Source: Catajapyx aquilonaris (Eukaryota). From it: DNA of 44,389 nucleotides. Of this stretch, positions 22,349 through 35,300 are shown piece by piece; position 1 is the first letter of the stretch; each line of letters begins with the position of its first letter. The translations under genes were made by a program, and so were the position numbers. Location of the stretch: positions 1 to 44,389 of the forward strand of contig JYFJ02003257.1 in assembly GCA_000934665.2 (NCBI GenBank), given 5' to 3'. Below the pieces are notes generated by a model. That model made no database searches and was not told where the DNA came from. It was given only the letters and a program-made list of their open reading frames with translations.

Positions 22349-23343
22349 ATCAATACATATCAGAAACTTGCATTCAAGACTCTTGCATGTTGCAATCTAA
22401 TGTGTCGGAGTGGGTTTGAAAGCGTGCGATCTTTCACATTATTGTTTTGATACCGTACTTATTAGAAAAATGTGTGATTTGCGAGTGACCATGTACGAAT
22501 TTGATACCAACCTATTATTACCTACTGCGTCATTAATTTCTGTCGCCTAATGTTCGTTGTTTTTACTTGTTTTTGCAGTTTCATAGTCTACGTAGAGGCC
22601 ACGAATCGCCTTGCTATGTTCACGTTTGATGTGCAATATTGTGTACAGTAGTACAGCAATTGCATGCTGACTAGGTATTTTGCATGTTGCATTATTAAAA
22701 TTCTTTGCAAAAGGGAGTGCTTAGCCCGCAATATTCTATTAATGATCTTACAGTGTCACCACGCATGTGTTCCTCAAGAGCTGGATGCGTGGCTGGATGG
22801 AAGGACGTAAAGTATACGGTATGAATACCGTATTCCCAAGGGACAAGAGAGTGATCCATGTTTCCGCCAGGTGTCTCTAAAATCCCTCATTTTTGGCAAG
22901 TGGTGCGCTCTGTTGGCGAGGGAGTGGAGTGGCGTCAAGAGCCGAGGGAGAGATTACATGAAGGGGGGAGGGAGGGAGGAGGCGCGGTGCGGTTGGCCGC
23001 TGCTGGTTTCCGTCTCCGGAGAGTGTGAGTGAGTGTGTGTTGTGCGTGTGTCACACATCTCGCGGTCAATCCTCGCCGGGGACACAGCCATCCAGTGCAC
23101 CTGCACCATGCCCACTTTGGACGCCCTTGGGACGCCCGCCACCATCCGTGCGCGACCATAACATGTTTCCCGCCTCAACGTGCTGCTCCTGCCACCGCAA
23201 GACGACCGCGGCGGGCGTGGGTCACCCGCTGGACTGAAAGGACTCGCCTGACTGTCGAGAGAAGGGACTCAGGGCGTGTGTGCCCGGGGCGAAACAAGCC
23301 CTTCAGTTGCAGGGAAAAGGGACCTACAGAGAGTGCATCAGGG

Positions 23344-26300
23344 ATGGCGGAGAGGAAGTTCACCAAGGGCCTGAGCAAGCCAGGGATGGCCGCCCAGCTC
23401 AGGGAGACCGTCTCGCAGGTCGTCAGGGAGACAACTGTGCAGGTCGGTATGACACACGCACAGTCGCACACCGTACAGCCAGCCTCCCGTCTTTCTGGCA
23501 GAGGTTATTGGTTAGGTACTGCCCACTGTGCAGTCCATTTCGTGTTTAGGAGGGGAGGACGGGCTTCGCTTACCACACACGTGGGGGACGGACCATCCTG
23601 GCCACCCCAAATTGCATTTGTACGGAATTATTCAGGCGTGGTCTTGTTTATCTCGTGCAGGTGATGCTCTATAAACTGCCGATGTTGCAACGCTGCTCGT
23701 ATGTGATATAGTAAAATACCTGCCAGTCATGCACAAATTGTGCTCCTGTGCAATATCTGGTAGCTATGCTGCTATTGTTTGGCCAAATCGTACACAGGTG
23801 GTGCATGTTCTCCCTTGGTACTGATAAAAGGTGTATCATCCATCCAGACGATTGCAGTTCAATTCCGTTAAAGGAACAAGTAATTCTTGTAGTGAATGCC
23901 ATACTCTGAAATGTCTGGTCAACAGCCCAGATATAATGTACACTTTTCATAAAGTTGGATTTCAGAAATTGAAAGTTACAAGGTTGCCTGTACAAAGGGT
24001 TAACGAGTACACCCACCTATGGGTGGACAATTTCCAGAGCCACATGAAATTTTGCAGGTGCAGGGTCATGGGGATGTTGTCTTCTTTATGTTTTATACCA
24101 TCATGAATGTTTGGCTGCACGTTTCCGCAGGACATGATCTATTCAAGGCAGTAGTCCAATTGCGGTGTGTGTTGTTGGATGGTGGCCAGTAATCTTATGC
24201 AATAATTAACAAAGTTCATGTGTAATGCCTTCACACTCTTTAGTAGCAGGAAAATATAAAGGCCCAGAGCGTGCATTATAATCAAATGAAGCCAGGATGC
24301 GAATAAACGTGGGTGTGCTCAACAGCTGTGGTGCAAAAACTTACCTAACAGGTTAGCATCTTCAGTACTTCCAAAATGGGACATGACAGATGGATTCTTG
24401 AAGGCCACATCGAACATAAGGTGCTCATGTGCAGGTGAAGTGTGGGTGACACGCAGGTATCAAAAGTTGACAGTGACTGATGTGTCACAGGAATATACAC
24501 CGCATTGACTGCCCGTGAAGTTGTAAAGAGCAGGAGGTCCCTGAAAGCAAGGGCAACAAACATTGGAACCCTCCTTTTTTTCGTTTGTTTATCTGCGAGC
24601 CTGTCTGCTGACATAATCACAGGACAAGGTTCCCAGCGTGGAGTAACTGGTCTGGAAATGCGGAGATCTTGCGCAGATTATGACTTTCATTTGGGCTTAC
24701 CTGCATTCACCTGCCCTTGCTGGTTAATGAGGGAAGCCCTTGCTCGTTGTTTTTGTTCTCCAACCTCATAACTTGGCCTGGAATCTTCCCACACTTTGGA
24801 AAAAAAAGAAAGGGCAAGGTCCGCTGCTTCAGGGGCAGTGGTTTTGGAGGTCAGACGCCGCCCATGTAAATTCAAACGTGCTGGAATTTCACTGCTCGTT
24901 AAAAGTCATGCAACAGGTGCAAATTGTACATTATGCATTCCTAGCCACAGAGGTCTTCATGTGGAATTAACATTGCGACTGTGACTAGTCAGCTGAAGCA
25001 GATTGAGAGAGAGAGAGATGTTAGTGTTGAGTGTCTATAGATCGTTCAGGATGACATGTCAAGGCCCACTCTTTATTCGCCATCACTCGAATAGAGCGAT
25101 GGTGTCCACTGATGCGGAATAATTGTGTCTGCCTGTGTTTCAACCGTAATTTGAGCGCAAGTGTTAAATATCGTAAGCTGCAGGCGAGTTTAATATCACA
25201 AATCACATGCAGTGTTAATTCAATTAACTGTCGAAATTTGATTACTGGGTGGCAAATTAAACAAGCCGTGGCTGTGACCTACAGTGTTCAAAAAGGGGGG
25301 ATTGGCTCATTAGTTGCACCAGCATATTCAGTGTGTACCCTTGTTTTGTCCTCTAATTATACCTATGCTAGTTGGTTTTATTTATAGATGAACCAAACTA
25401 AGTGTAATTTTACTAAAGTAAATGAGCTTTTTAATTTCACTATCATTATGGGGATAATTTGATATTTGGCACTGTATGCACTGCTCATGGATCAGGGGCT
25501 GCAGATTCAATTAGCACTTATTTAATGTGACGTGCATGATGTTAATGAAGTAGTGACAGGTAGTTTAATTTACAAGCATGTGTATTGGCGTGCAGTAATA
25601 TTATCAGCACTATAAGCGTAAGTTTGAAGGACAATGTGTAGAAATTTTGATACCGATTTGGGATAGTGATTTTGCTTTTTCCAATGGCCTCATTCATTGG
25701 ATATCGAAACATCTGTTTAGCTCAAATTTCTGTGTTGTTATTATTAGGAAGACAATTAAGGACACTGGTTTGTAGCTGTTTCAGTTCACTAGACTGCGGC
25801 ATAGAGAAAGCAAGTCATCTGAAACTGTTCTGGCACGAGGCTCCTTATCCCCATTCACATACCGACCCACATTTCTGATTCCTTTCTGGATTCGTCTATA
25901 GCGGTGAAAATAATTCAAGGAAAAATACATATTCAGAGATGGAAAGTTTCCGCATGCATGGTATCACCTACTTGTCACTCGTCATTGTTACCGTTCATCC
26001 ATAGAACTTTGTAGCGTATTGGTGAAAGGGATCCAAACAAAAGCTTAGAGATCGCTTATTGACGATATCCTGATCATTAACTCCTGGAGAAGAAACTAAA
26101 GCCGTTTAGGAAACGAGGTGTTTAATGACGGAAATGTGATAGTCTGCAATTGTTAAACCTCCCCCAACATCCTCTTTTTTTCTGGCGCACCTTTGCGGGC
26201 TGCAGGTATATTACCTTTCCCGACGCACATGGCGCATGGCGGGAATCGATCTCCGGCCGGGTTGGGTTGTCGACCTAACAGGGAAAATAAACTCTGCCAG

Positions 26301-29300
26301 TCTGCATCCGGACTCGCTCCCGGTACGTCGTCTCCGCTCCGGGCTCGGGCCGCCACGTGACCGTGTTTTGGCCGCCCGGATCGAGGGAGGTCAAAACTGA
26401 CCGCGACTAACGGGAGTTCCGCCGCATTCCGATCACGCGACGCGAGGATTGCCCAACCCTCCCCTTCGAAGCATACCCCACTAGAGGCGATTCCTATTAA
26501 CTCCTCCGGGGCCGTCAATGAAGAGAGACCACTTGTCAAATTGAGTTCCACGGTCGGGGAGTTGATTTGCATGCCAATCGTGGCCTTCCCCCTATACCAC
26601 CACCCTCCTTACTCAACCACACCTCCCCTTGTCAGGAGGTTCTTGCCTTCCAATTTCGTTGGGCCATTAGCTACGTGCGGATAGGTTGTGTAAATTACGA
26701 ACTCTTGGGCGCGAGGTGAAAATATGCAGGGGATGGGAAAACCTGGCGTGTTGAGGAAATTTTGCCTGTTGCCTTTTGTGTATAGTGCTGGGTCAATGTA
26801 CAGTGCCGGATCGTTAGTCACAATCATATTCAAGGTAGGAAAACAGACAGTGTTGTAGTGCCCAAATTGGATAAACACTGGAGTGTGCAGAGATTTCGAC
26901 CTCCCTCTCCGGCGGTATATATAGGTTTGTAATGTAATTATACTTGAGAGCTGTGGTCAGCAAAGTTTGCCAAGTTTCCTCCGTCATGTCACGCCGAGTC
27001 GAACGGATAATCCGGAGCCTACATTCGCAGTCTCGACAGGCGGATTTGCATTTGTTAATGGCAATATCCGGCCCGTCCGTGTCAGCAATATGTAGTCGGC
27101 AAATGAGAAGTTAGGATGTCGCTGAAGGCCCCATCATCGGAGAAGAGGTGGCCCCTCTGGCGCCAATCGAGCGAGGGCCGACGGGTGTCCTCCGCCTCCT
27201 CGTCCCCGTCAGGGTCACCAAACAGCCTGTGTCGAAACCCCTTGACCTGCACCAAGAGAGGCTTGAGCTGGCTGGCCATCACCCTCCGAAGACACGTCTA
27301 CTCCTACCCCGAATCGCCTGCCGGTCAGAATGGTGACCTACACCTCCGCTCTTGTCTGAAGGCTTCCAAGAAGGTACGGAACGATGGGTTTATAGGGGGC
27401 CTGCTTTAAATTCAGCATCCTGGCCAAATCTTCACTGACCCAATTGACCAGCATTGTTGCGGGCTGCGCAAGCCGGTTTGCACCGATACCGCACTGTACA
27501 TAGTTTTTAATCATCAATAAACGCCTGGAGATATACACTGTGAAAGTCCGCAGCGGACACACCTGACATCCGACATGCATTCATTTGAGTGTGTGCGCTC
27601 CACATGCCCACCCGAGGGCCTATTATATGGTGCCTTTTTCCCCGGGAAGCGTCCAGTGATTTTTCGCTCGACGTCCATGACACTTGAGTCAACGACCCAC
27701 TCAGTTGTCGAGCGCACCTCGTGTCGGATGCAGCAGCGGCTGGTCCTCTGACAGATCACCCCGATGGGGAAGGCGCCCAGTCCCAGGGTCCACTTCACCC
27801 TGCCATTACGCAGGATTAGGAAGAAAAAAGGGGTAAGGCGAGACCAGCAGGACCTGGGGGTAATTGGTCTCCGGGAAGGAAAAGTTGCGAGAGTCGTTTT
27901 GCTGGAGAGTAGGTACGGGACTGGATGCTGGTCCGGATTACGAGCTAGGAGACCAGGGACCGTAATTTCTACCACTGATATTGGATCTCGGAGGGGGAAA
28001 AGCCTGCTGGTGGTGGGACATTTTTAAAGGGGTTTCCGGAACATTTTGTTTGATTTGTCTTGGGAGTGCTGCTCGACATGGTGCAGATACGGGGCTATTT
28101 TTGGGATCGACGCTGTAATCAGTTCTGGGTATTAAGCTGTTTTTACGCAAATAAGTTGCTCCATATTAGGTGTGGCTGTGGAGTGTTGCCTGTACCTGAC
28201 GCAAAAGCAATTGGAGGTGATGCAGATTTCATGCGCAATTACCGTACTTACTGGCTGAAATGGCACAATTTCACCAAACGGTTGTCCCTGATGGTTATAC
28301 CGAAAAATATAGTTCATTATTGGTTAACGAGATGCTTCCGTGACGTGACTGTCGGCTGATTGAAACATTGAAAAGAGTGCGGATAAATATTTGCTCGATA
28401 ATATAGTGTCCATTCAAGCCCGACATGATATTGGTTTGCCAGCAACAGCGTAAATGAAAATGGCAGACGAGCTTGAACTGCTATAGTTAACTTGCCGTGT
28501 CCATGGGTGCCCCTTTTTTTAGTACGTCCATGTGGATTTGTTTAAACGCCAACTAGGAGATTACGCTGCATCAAGTTGATGGGTCACGCACGTCATGAAA
28601 CTATGCCCAAGACAAAAGGGAATGCTTTAACACCCACGTGTGCCAAACATGACCCAAAAAACATATCGAATCAATGGCGACTTTATATTGGGCCTGAGAA
28701 GTATATGGACGGCGCCTGCATGTCTTATTCAGGCGGCTGACATTCAAGAATTCAGACGTCTTTTACTATTCATGCCTGGACAGTTTCAGACCTTCGCTTA
28801 CGGTTTTAGGTCTAGGTTTTATCGACTTCCGTACATCGTCGTTTATGCCAGTTTAATGTAAGTGAAATCACGCTGGTTGTGAATATCAAGGGCATATTTT
28901 TTATCTAGTTATTATTTAAAAGGCGGGGCTTGGTGCTGTCTTTTTCAGCCATTTGGAAAGCGCATGACACGCGAAGTCATTTACTCGCACGATAACAAGC
29001 GATGCAGTTCGCACAGTATACCACAACCAAATGATTGGTCTCATTTTACGAGCCGCATATTACATCTGCATGGGGGCATGTATTTCAATCGTCGTTTACA
29101 GTTACTTTATTGTATCAAACCGCGACATAATTCGAGGCAACAGAATTGTGCAGAGCCCTGCTGGATCGGTAATATTGCTGGAAAACCGAGCTGCCGGAAT
29201 AAGTTGATTCATTAATGCATATACAATCGAGTACCCCAGGGTATCACTGCAGAGCCGGAGCAAAGACCCGGTTGCCGTTTGACTAACAAAAATCCTTAAT

Positions 29301-32300
29301 TTGGAGCACGGTTCAGTGTGCAGCACTCGACAGGATTTGCCACCCAACACCGTCCCCACAGTCATGGTGCCCTCTCAGGCATGCAGTTCTCGACATATAC
29401 AGCACAGGGAAGGGCTGCTGGCCTCTGAAAAGGGAGACCCTCCACCCTCATTTTAGTTCCCAAATATTTGGATTCAGTAGCAGGAACCTCCTGCAGATAC
29501 TTGGAGGAAAGCTGTTTCCAAGTGCTGGTCCATGTATACATATGCGAGGAGACGTCTGCGGTTCGCTCCGATGCATAACTGAGGCTTATCCCGGCCCCGT
29601 GGCGCGTAAGCCATCGTAAAACTAGAACCCTTCCTTCGACCCCGGGGATAGAAGTTTATGCCGAGGTCTAATTAGCGGCGGCGTGTTAAGAGAGTGTTTC
29701 TGCTCATTTCATAAGGTTTTCGGGTGCGGGGCTTTAATGAATTAACCCGGAGTGTGTCAGGCGGACACCATGGCGGGAAATTTACATGGCTAGGCTCGCA
29801 GTAGGAGGTGAAGGTGGTAATCAAGGCACAATTGGGCTTTTCAATGATTAATATGCGAGGCAACAATGAATCAAATGAGGCCTCCAACGAGTGATATCGC
29901 AGGTGATCCCTTATGACCTGCTTCTTGATTGCATGGCACGTATACTGTACATTTATGTAATGAGAATGAACAGGTTTTTAGTAGTTTGCTGGTTGGGGGA
30001 AGAGGAACCTGCTTTTTTCGATGAAAAATGTGCGAAAGTATATGTCTCAGGGGATTGAGCCCCTTGGAGCTTACTTTCCGGCGAACACCAGAAACGCATA
30101 GGTTTCCATAACCGAACAGGATAAGCGCATTTGCTCCGGTCAGGATTATTCCTAGAGGTACGGCACGCAAAAAATTGGAAACGGCAGTAGGTTCATGTTA
30201 GCAATAGGGGCACGGACTAATTAAAATTAGGCACGACAGAGTACGTCAGTACTCATTTTTATAAAAATAGTAAGACATGAAACAGGCCACGCCCGGTCGT
30301 CCTCGTCTAGCACTGCACAGCAGCAGAAACGCGACTCGCGACTTTTGTCCAATATATTTGGCTGCAGGCATGTGCCATATTTCATGTCAAAAGTTATATG
30401 TTTCATTCCACGTCTGCTGACTTGTGAGAGCAAAAATCTGCCTGCTGTTTTTCTCCTCTAAAAGGAATTCGGAGTATGGGGTCCACACACTCCATTATTG
30501 CTGACCATGGGTGTCAGTGTCCCTAATGAAGTTGGTGCAACTGGTGGTTTAGGGCCCTGCGAATTCGCCCGTGGAGTTACGCTGTGTCAAAGGGCCAGAC
30601 TGCGCTGATCGCATCCCATCACCAGTGTACTACTCAGCTCGGGTGCAAATAATTACTTTTCCCATGTGATCGAGCCCGAATCGAGGGCTTGAGGACAATG
30701 AAAACTGCATGGTGCACGTATCGATTCTGCGGGGCATGGTCTACGCCCACGCTGTAATGATATAGATATTGTCGCGCCAGACTTTATTTTTAAAAACGGC
30801 GGTGGCGCAGTGCTGCACTTTTCCAGTGGCAATTTCCCACGAGCACTCTTCTGAAAATTTCTTTCGCGAGATTAAAAATAATGCGCCGCTTTTGTGAGAG
30901 GGACAGAGACACTTGTAAGAGACAACTGGAGGATGCGACACTCGTTTTAGGGGGTGACAATTAGCAGAAGAAGGGGACTTGCAGATGAGAATAGACAAAT
31001 GCAGGTGTAGTCGAGACCATTAAGTCTGTGGGCCAAATGAGACGCATCTATAGGCGAATCCGTGTTACATAAAATTATCGACCAGACTGTCAGGCAAATT
31101 GTACATTCATCTTAGAGGCCTGCGATAACGAAGCGGCCGAGATTTCCATACACGGAGAGCCTCTCGGGCCAGGATTTGCACCGTACTTGAGCTATGTGAT
31201 ATTGATTTTGACGATTGTAGAGGGCTTATATGAACAAATGGAGGGGAAAAAGATGGGATTGTGCGAGAGTATGGGAGTGACGGGTATGGAAATTGCGCAT
31301 CCGTTTCTTTTCTGTACAAAGTTTTTTTTTGCCAGGTTGACACGGATCATTACAGATTTCTAGGCAGTCGGGGACAACGATATGGCTTTGACATTTTTGA
31401 ATTGGGAAATGTACACTGGACTGGCGGAGTTTTAAATCGGGATTTGTGAAGGTTAGAGAAAATGTTGGGATGATGATGACCAAACGGAATGATATCCGTA
31501 ATATTTGGGAGACGGAGTGGCGCTGCGGTAACGTATGCGCCCACGGATGTTAAGGTCCCGGGTTCGATCCCAGCCCGGGGACACCCCCTTCATCTCGTGC
31601 AGAGTTCGGGGTCATTTCTGGCTTCGTCTCGGGTGGTATTTCCAATAGACTAAACCATCCGGGGGAGTTCACAAAATGACCACAGCTACGACATTGCACT
31701 GCACCTTGCACATCCCCTCCTGTCATCCTGCCCGTGGGCCCGGGCTTTCAATAAATAGGCACCATGTACTTAACAACTTAAAATACAATAAAGGTCCATG
31801 CTATATACCCCGGAAGGGGTGAAAGCATTACCCACATATTATTATTATTATATTATTATTATGTCCGTAATATTCTGGAAGAATTTTTATGTGGAAATGA
31901 TATAATGTGAGTAATGATAAGTGCGATCAGCGTAAAGAAGTCATACCCCAATTTGGTAGGTTTTTATGATTACAAGGTGATGATTCAGAATATCCGTCCA
32001 CACTGCTATACTAAAAACTGATAGTAACAACTATCAACTTGAATAGCAGCAGTTCATAGAAGGGCATGGCGCCATGATATGCTATCGATATCATCACGTT
32101 ACATATAACATATGGAATTCCAGATGTTATACCTTTCGAAATCATGGAAATACTGCATCGCGGTGTAACTGTTCAACTATACAGTTGCAATTTGGCCACT
32201 TTTAAAATTGCACGAGTGCTAACGAGTTCAGCAGACACCACATTATGAAAACATACTGTACTGCTGTTGAAGTTTTGGATGATGGGCCCACCCGTGTCTG

Positions 32301-35300
32301 GCAGCCTTGCTGGCGTTATTGTATTTTTTCTTCCTTATTATGCTTATTATAATCCAAGGCGAAACATACAGTATACTTCATGCATATACGCTACGAAAGG
32401 ACCTCCGTTCGCCTGACTGTGAATAATTGTTGTCCCTGCTGTTTACAACATCACTTTACCGTGACAAATCACGCATCGTATGTTGACGTGTACAACGGAA
32501 CGTAGCGTAAAGAAGGTACTCTCTTTGGGGACAGATTCAATTTCCGCAGGAATTTCGGGCACTTTATCGACTGGCTTCGGGGGGGGGGGGGGNAGGAGTG
32601 GGGGTGATATGTCGCAGTGAGAGGGTGAGGGGGTGGCCAATTGGTTTTCCCATGACATCATCGCCATCAGAAGGGCACTGCTTCTGAGCTTCCAAAATCG
32701 ATCATCATTTTCCTTCATCCCTGTACATACCTGCCTGGAATTCCCACCACCTACATTACCACCTTTCCTAACTTTCAGGTATAAGAAAAGGAGCCTTCGA
32801 GGCATACAGGCAGCGGCGCTTGACCTTTTCTCCAGCATAGAAAATTAGGCCACATTACAAAAAAAAGAGGAGGATGGGGTGCTATATTGTCTGCAGGAAA
32901 GTTTTTGCCAACCGCACACCTGGACGGTGGCCAACCACTTCGTTTTAATGTGTTTTTATCCTAGGGAATCTGCTCATTTTTTTTGCCTTTGAATGTGGGG
33001 CTGGGTGTCCGTATTGTACCTGGTTTTTAGGTGGAAAGTATGAGAATAGCCTGCTTGAGGTGGTTGGTAATGAGCGGTAATGCGAGCGAACGATTAAATT
33101 TTCATCGAGTGGCGGGCAATTTTTAAAAGCTCATTCGCCAAAGTAACATGCATGGGGGTTGCGGGTACTGTAACTTCGTGTATTTTATTATTAAATTAGG
33201 TACACAGTGTACCGTGGATCGTAGGGTGGCTGGCAGTATAACTGTTGTAAAAGTAATGTGTATATGTAGAGTGCACAATAAGCTTCTGGAGCGAGGTAAT
33301 CGGATCTTACCTGTCTTGCAGGCAGTGTTGCATGCGGACTGGTTTTCATTTCGGAGTACACAGCATGAGATAATTGAATATCATTCCAAAATTCTTTACT
33401 AAGGAAATGTGATTTCTGTCATTTTGCCAGGAGAATTGACATTGATGAAAGGTCACATTTGGGATGGCTGACTATTTGCCAAATATACCTCTCCTCATTT
33501 ATTATCATCACAGTTCGACTTTTGGCGCTTTTTACCAAATTGAAGTCCACTTTTGGCACTTTTGGGCGGAGTCACGTTGTCACAGTTGTTGCAACGAAAT
33601 CAAATAATAGTAATGGAGATGCAGGCGCATGTTTTACATCCGTCAGCCAACAAGCACATGTGGGCATTTGTCCGTAGTAATTATTTTCGATCCGCTTGAA
33701 TAGAAACGTGGCCGAGTGATTGCTTTTCATCAAGTGCCGTTGAGCCTACCTTCATACTTGACGTGTTGGTCACGACTTTTATCAATCTGCGGGAACATGC
33801 CATGAATATTTCCACAGTCCATGTATAGCTGTAGTAATGCCCTTCCCTCCCAGCAAATACGATAAGGAATGGGATAGAGTAGGAGAACGTTGACTGGAAT
33901 CCATTCTGGAGACAAAAAGTAAAGTGCAATGGTCGTAAGTGATGGTAGATAAGTGGATGAACAGTGTCCTGGAGGGCAGATCCGGAGCAAAGCCTAGCAA
34001 TTTCCGGGGCTAAATCCGATGTCGCGTTGTCCTTGTTCGTGTCCCCAGCTTTGACCAAAGTGAAATCTGGCGAGCCTTTCGGTCGCGTAGAACCGCACCG
34101 ACCACTTTTATCACTTTCCGTTTCCTACGTCTTATCAACATTTTGTCGTCATTTTCTGTGCGACGGAAGTTTTTCCGAATGAGGGTTGAGTTATAGTAAG
34201 CAAGTCATGATCCCCTCCCCCCCCCTCCCCCTGACCCGGACAGAATTACTAATCACTGCGGAGATTTGCAGGCCCTTAATTGCTGGCAGCACGATTTTTG
34301 CAGTTGTTGGGGTGCAGGCCATCCCTCACGAATTCTGGTGCACAAAACCCTGTTGGTTTCACACAATCTGAGCGGCACACGTAACCTCACATGAGACGTG
34401 CATGTCAATGCCATTGGAAGCGTGCAAATAATTGTAGGCTCCAGATGACGGCTATCTAGAAAAAGAACAGCCTGCGTAATTTCGATAATGGATGCGGTGT
34501 TTTAATAAGTTGAGCATAATTTTTGGGACCATGGGCCCCGGATTGCTGGTTCAAGCGGTGTTGCACGCATTTTATAATTTTTGGTCCTGGTAACAGGAGG
34601 CAGACGGCTGTAGAACAGTGTGGTGAAGGATGTTCCTGGATTTCTTCCTGAAATAGGCGACATAATGCATTATGAATTTGCTCATGGGATTTTAAGCAAG
34701 TGCATGAGGGCTGGGGGGAGTAATAATGCTGGACGTGACATCATAACAGCTAACAGGATCTTGACTACACCAGTTTTAGCGTCGTGAATAAGACTGGACC
34801 TTTGCAAACTGTAAAAATTACATGTTAGAATGTATGGAGCATTTCTTATCGGGGAATTACACTCCTTTGCGAATAATGATGGTAACATAGTGTGCAATGA
34901 ATAAATGAATGGTATTTTTGTCTTTCTTTTTTGGGTCGAGTGTGGAGGCCATAACATGAAAGGTTTAATCTACAGTAGCTTGTTTACAAGGAAGAGCAAG
35001 AGGTGATGACCCCTGTAATGTTTAATTTTTTTTATAAATAAGTATGGAGGGACCTGTTAACCCTGCTTCCCCCCCTTCTGTTTAGTGCTCCAGTTTTACC
35101 ATAGAAATCACAGCAATCACAGTTGTACTCCTGCTGTCACCAATTTTTCATTGTAAAACATTCTTATAACTAAGTTGTCTTTTATTGATGTTTTCAGAAC
35201 AAACCTCTCCTGGTTGAGCCCATAGATTATGAAACATTCATCTTGAAAAACAAAACCATCCTGCAGAATGACCCACAGAGGGAACTGCTGCTGTACCCTC

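Noticed and set aside
23029..23664. 211-aa ORF as a single-exon gene
   Set aside because: Only 23344-23442 is the Ziz first coding exon; the rest is GC-rich 5'UTR and intron read-through.
31506..31580. tRNA gene
   Set aside because: A and B boxes are present but I could not form a proper cloverleaf; the body, (ATT)n tail and TSD identify a SINE.
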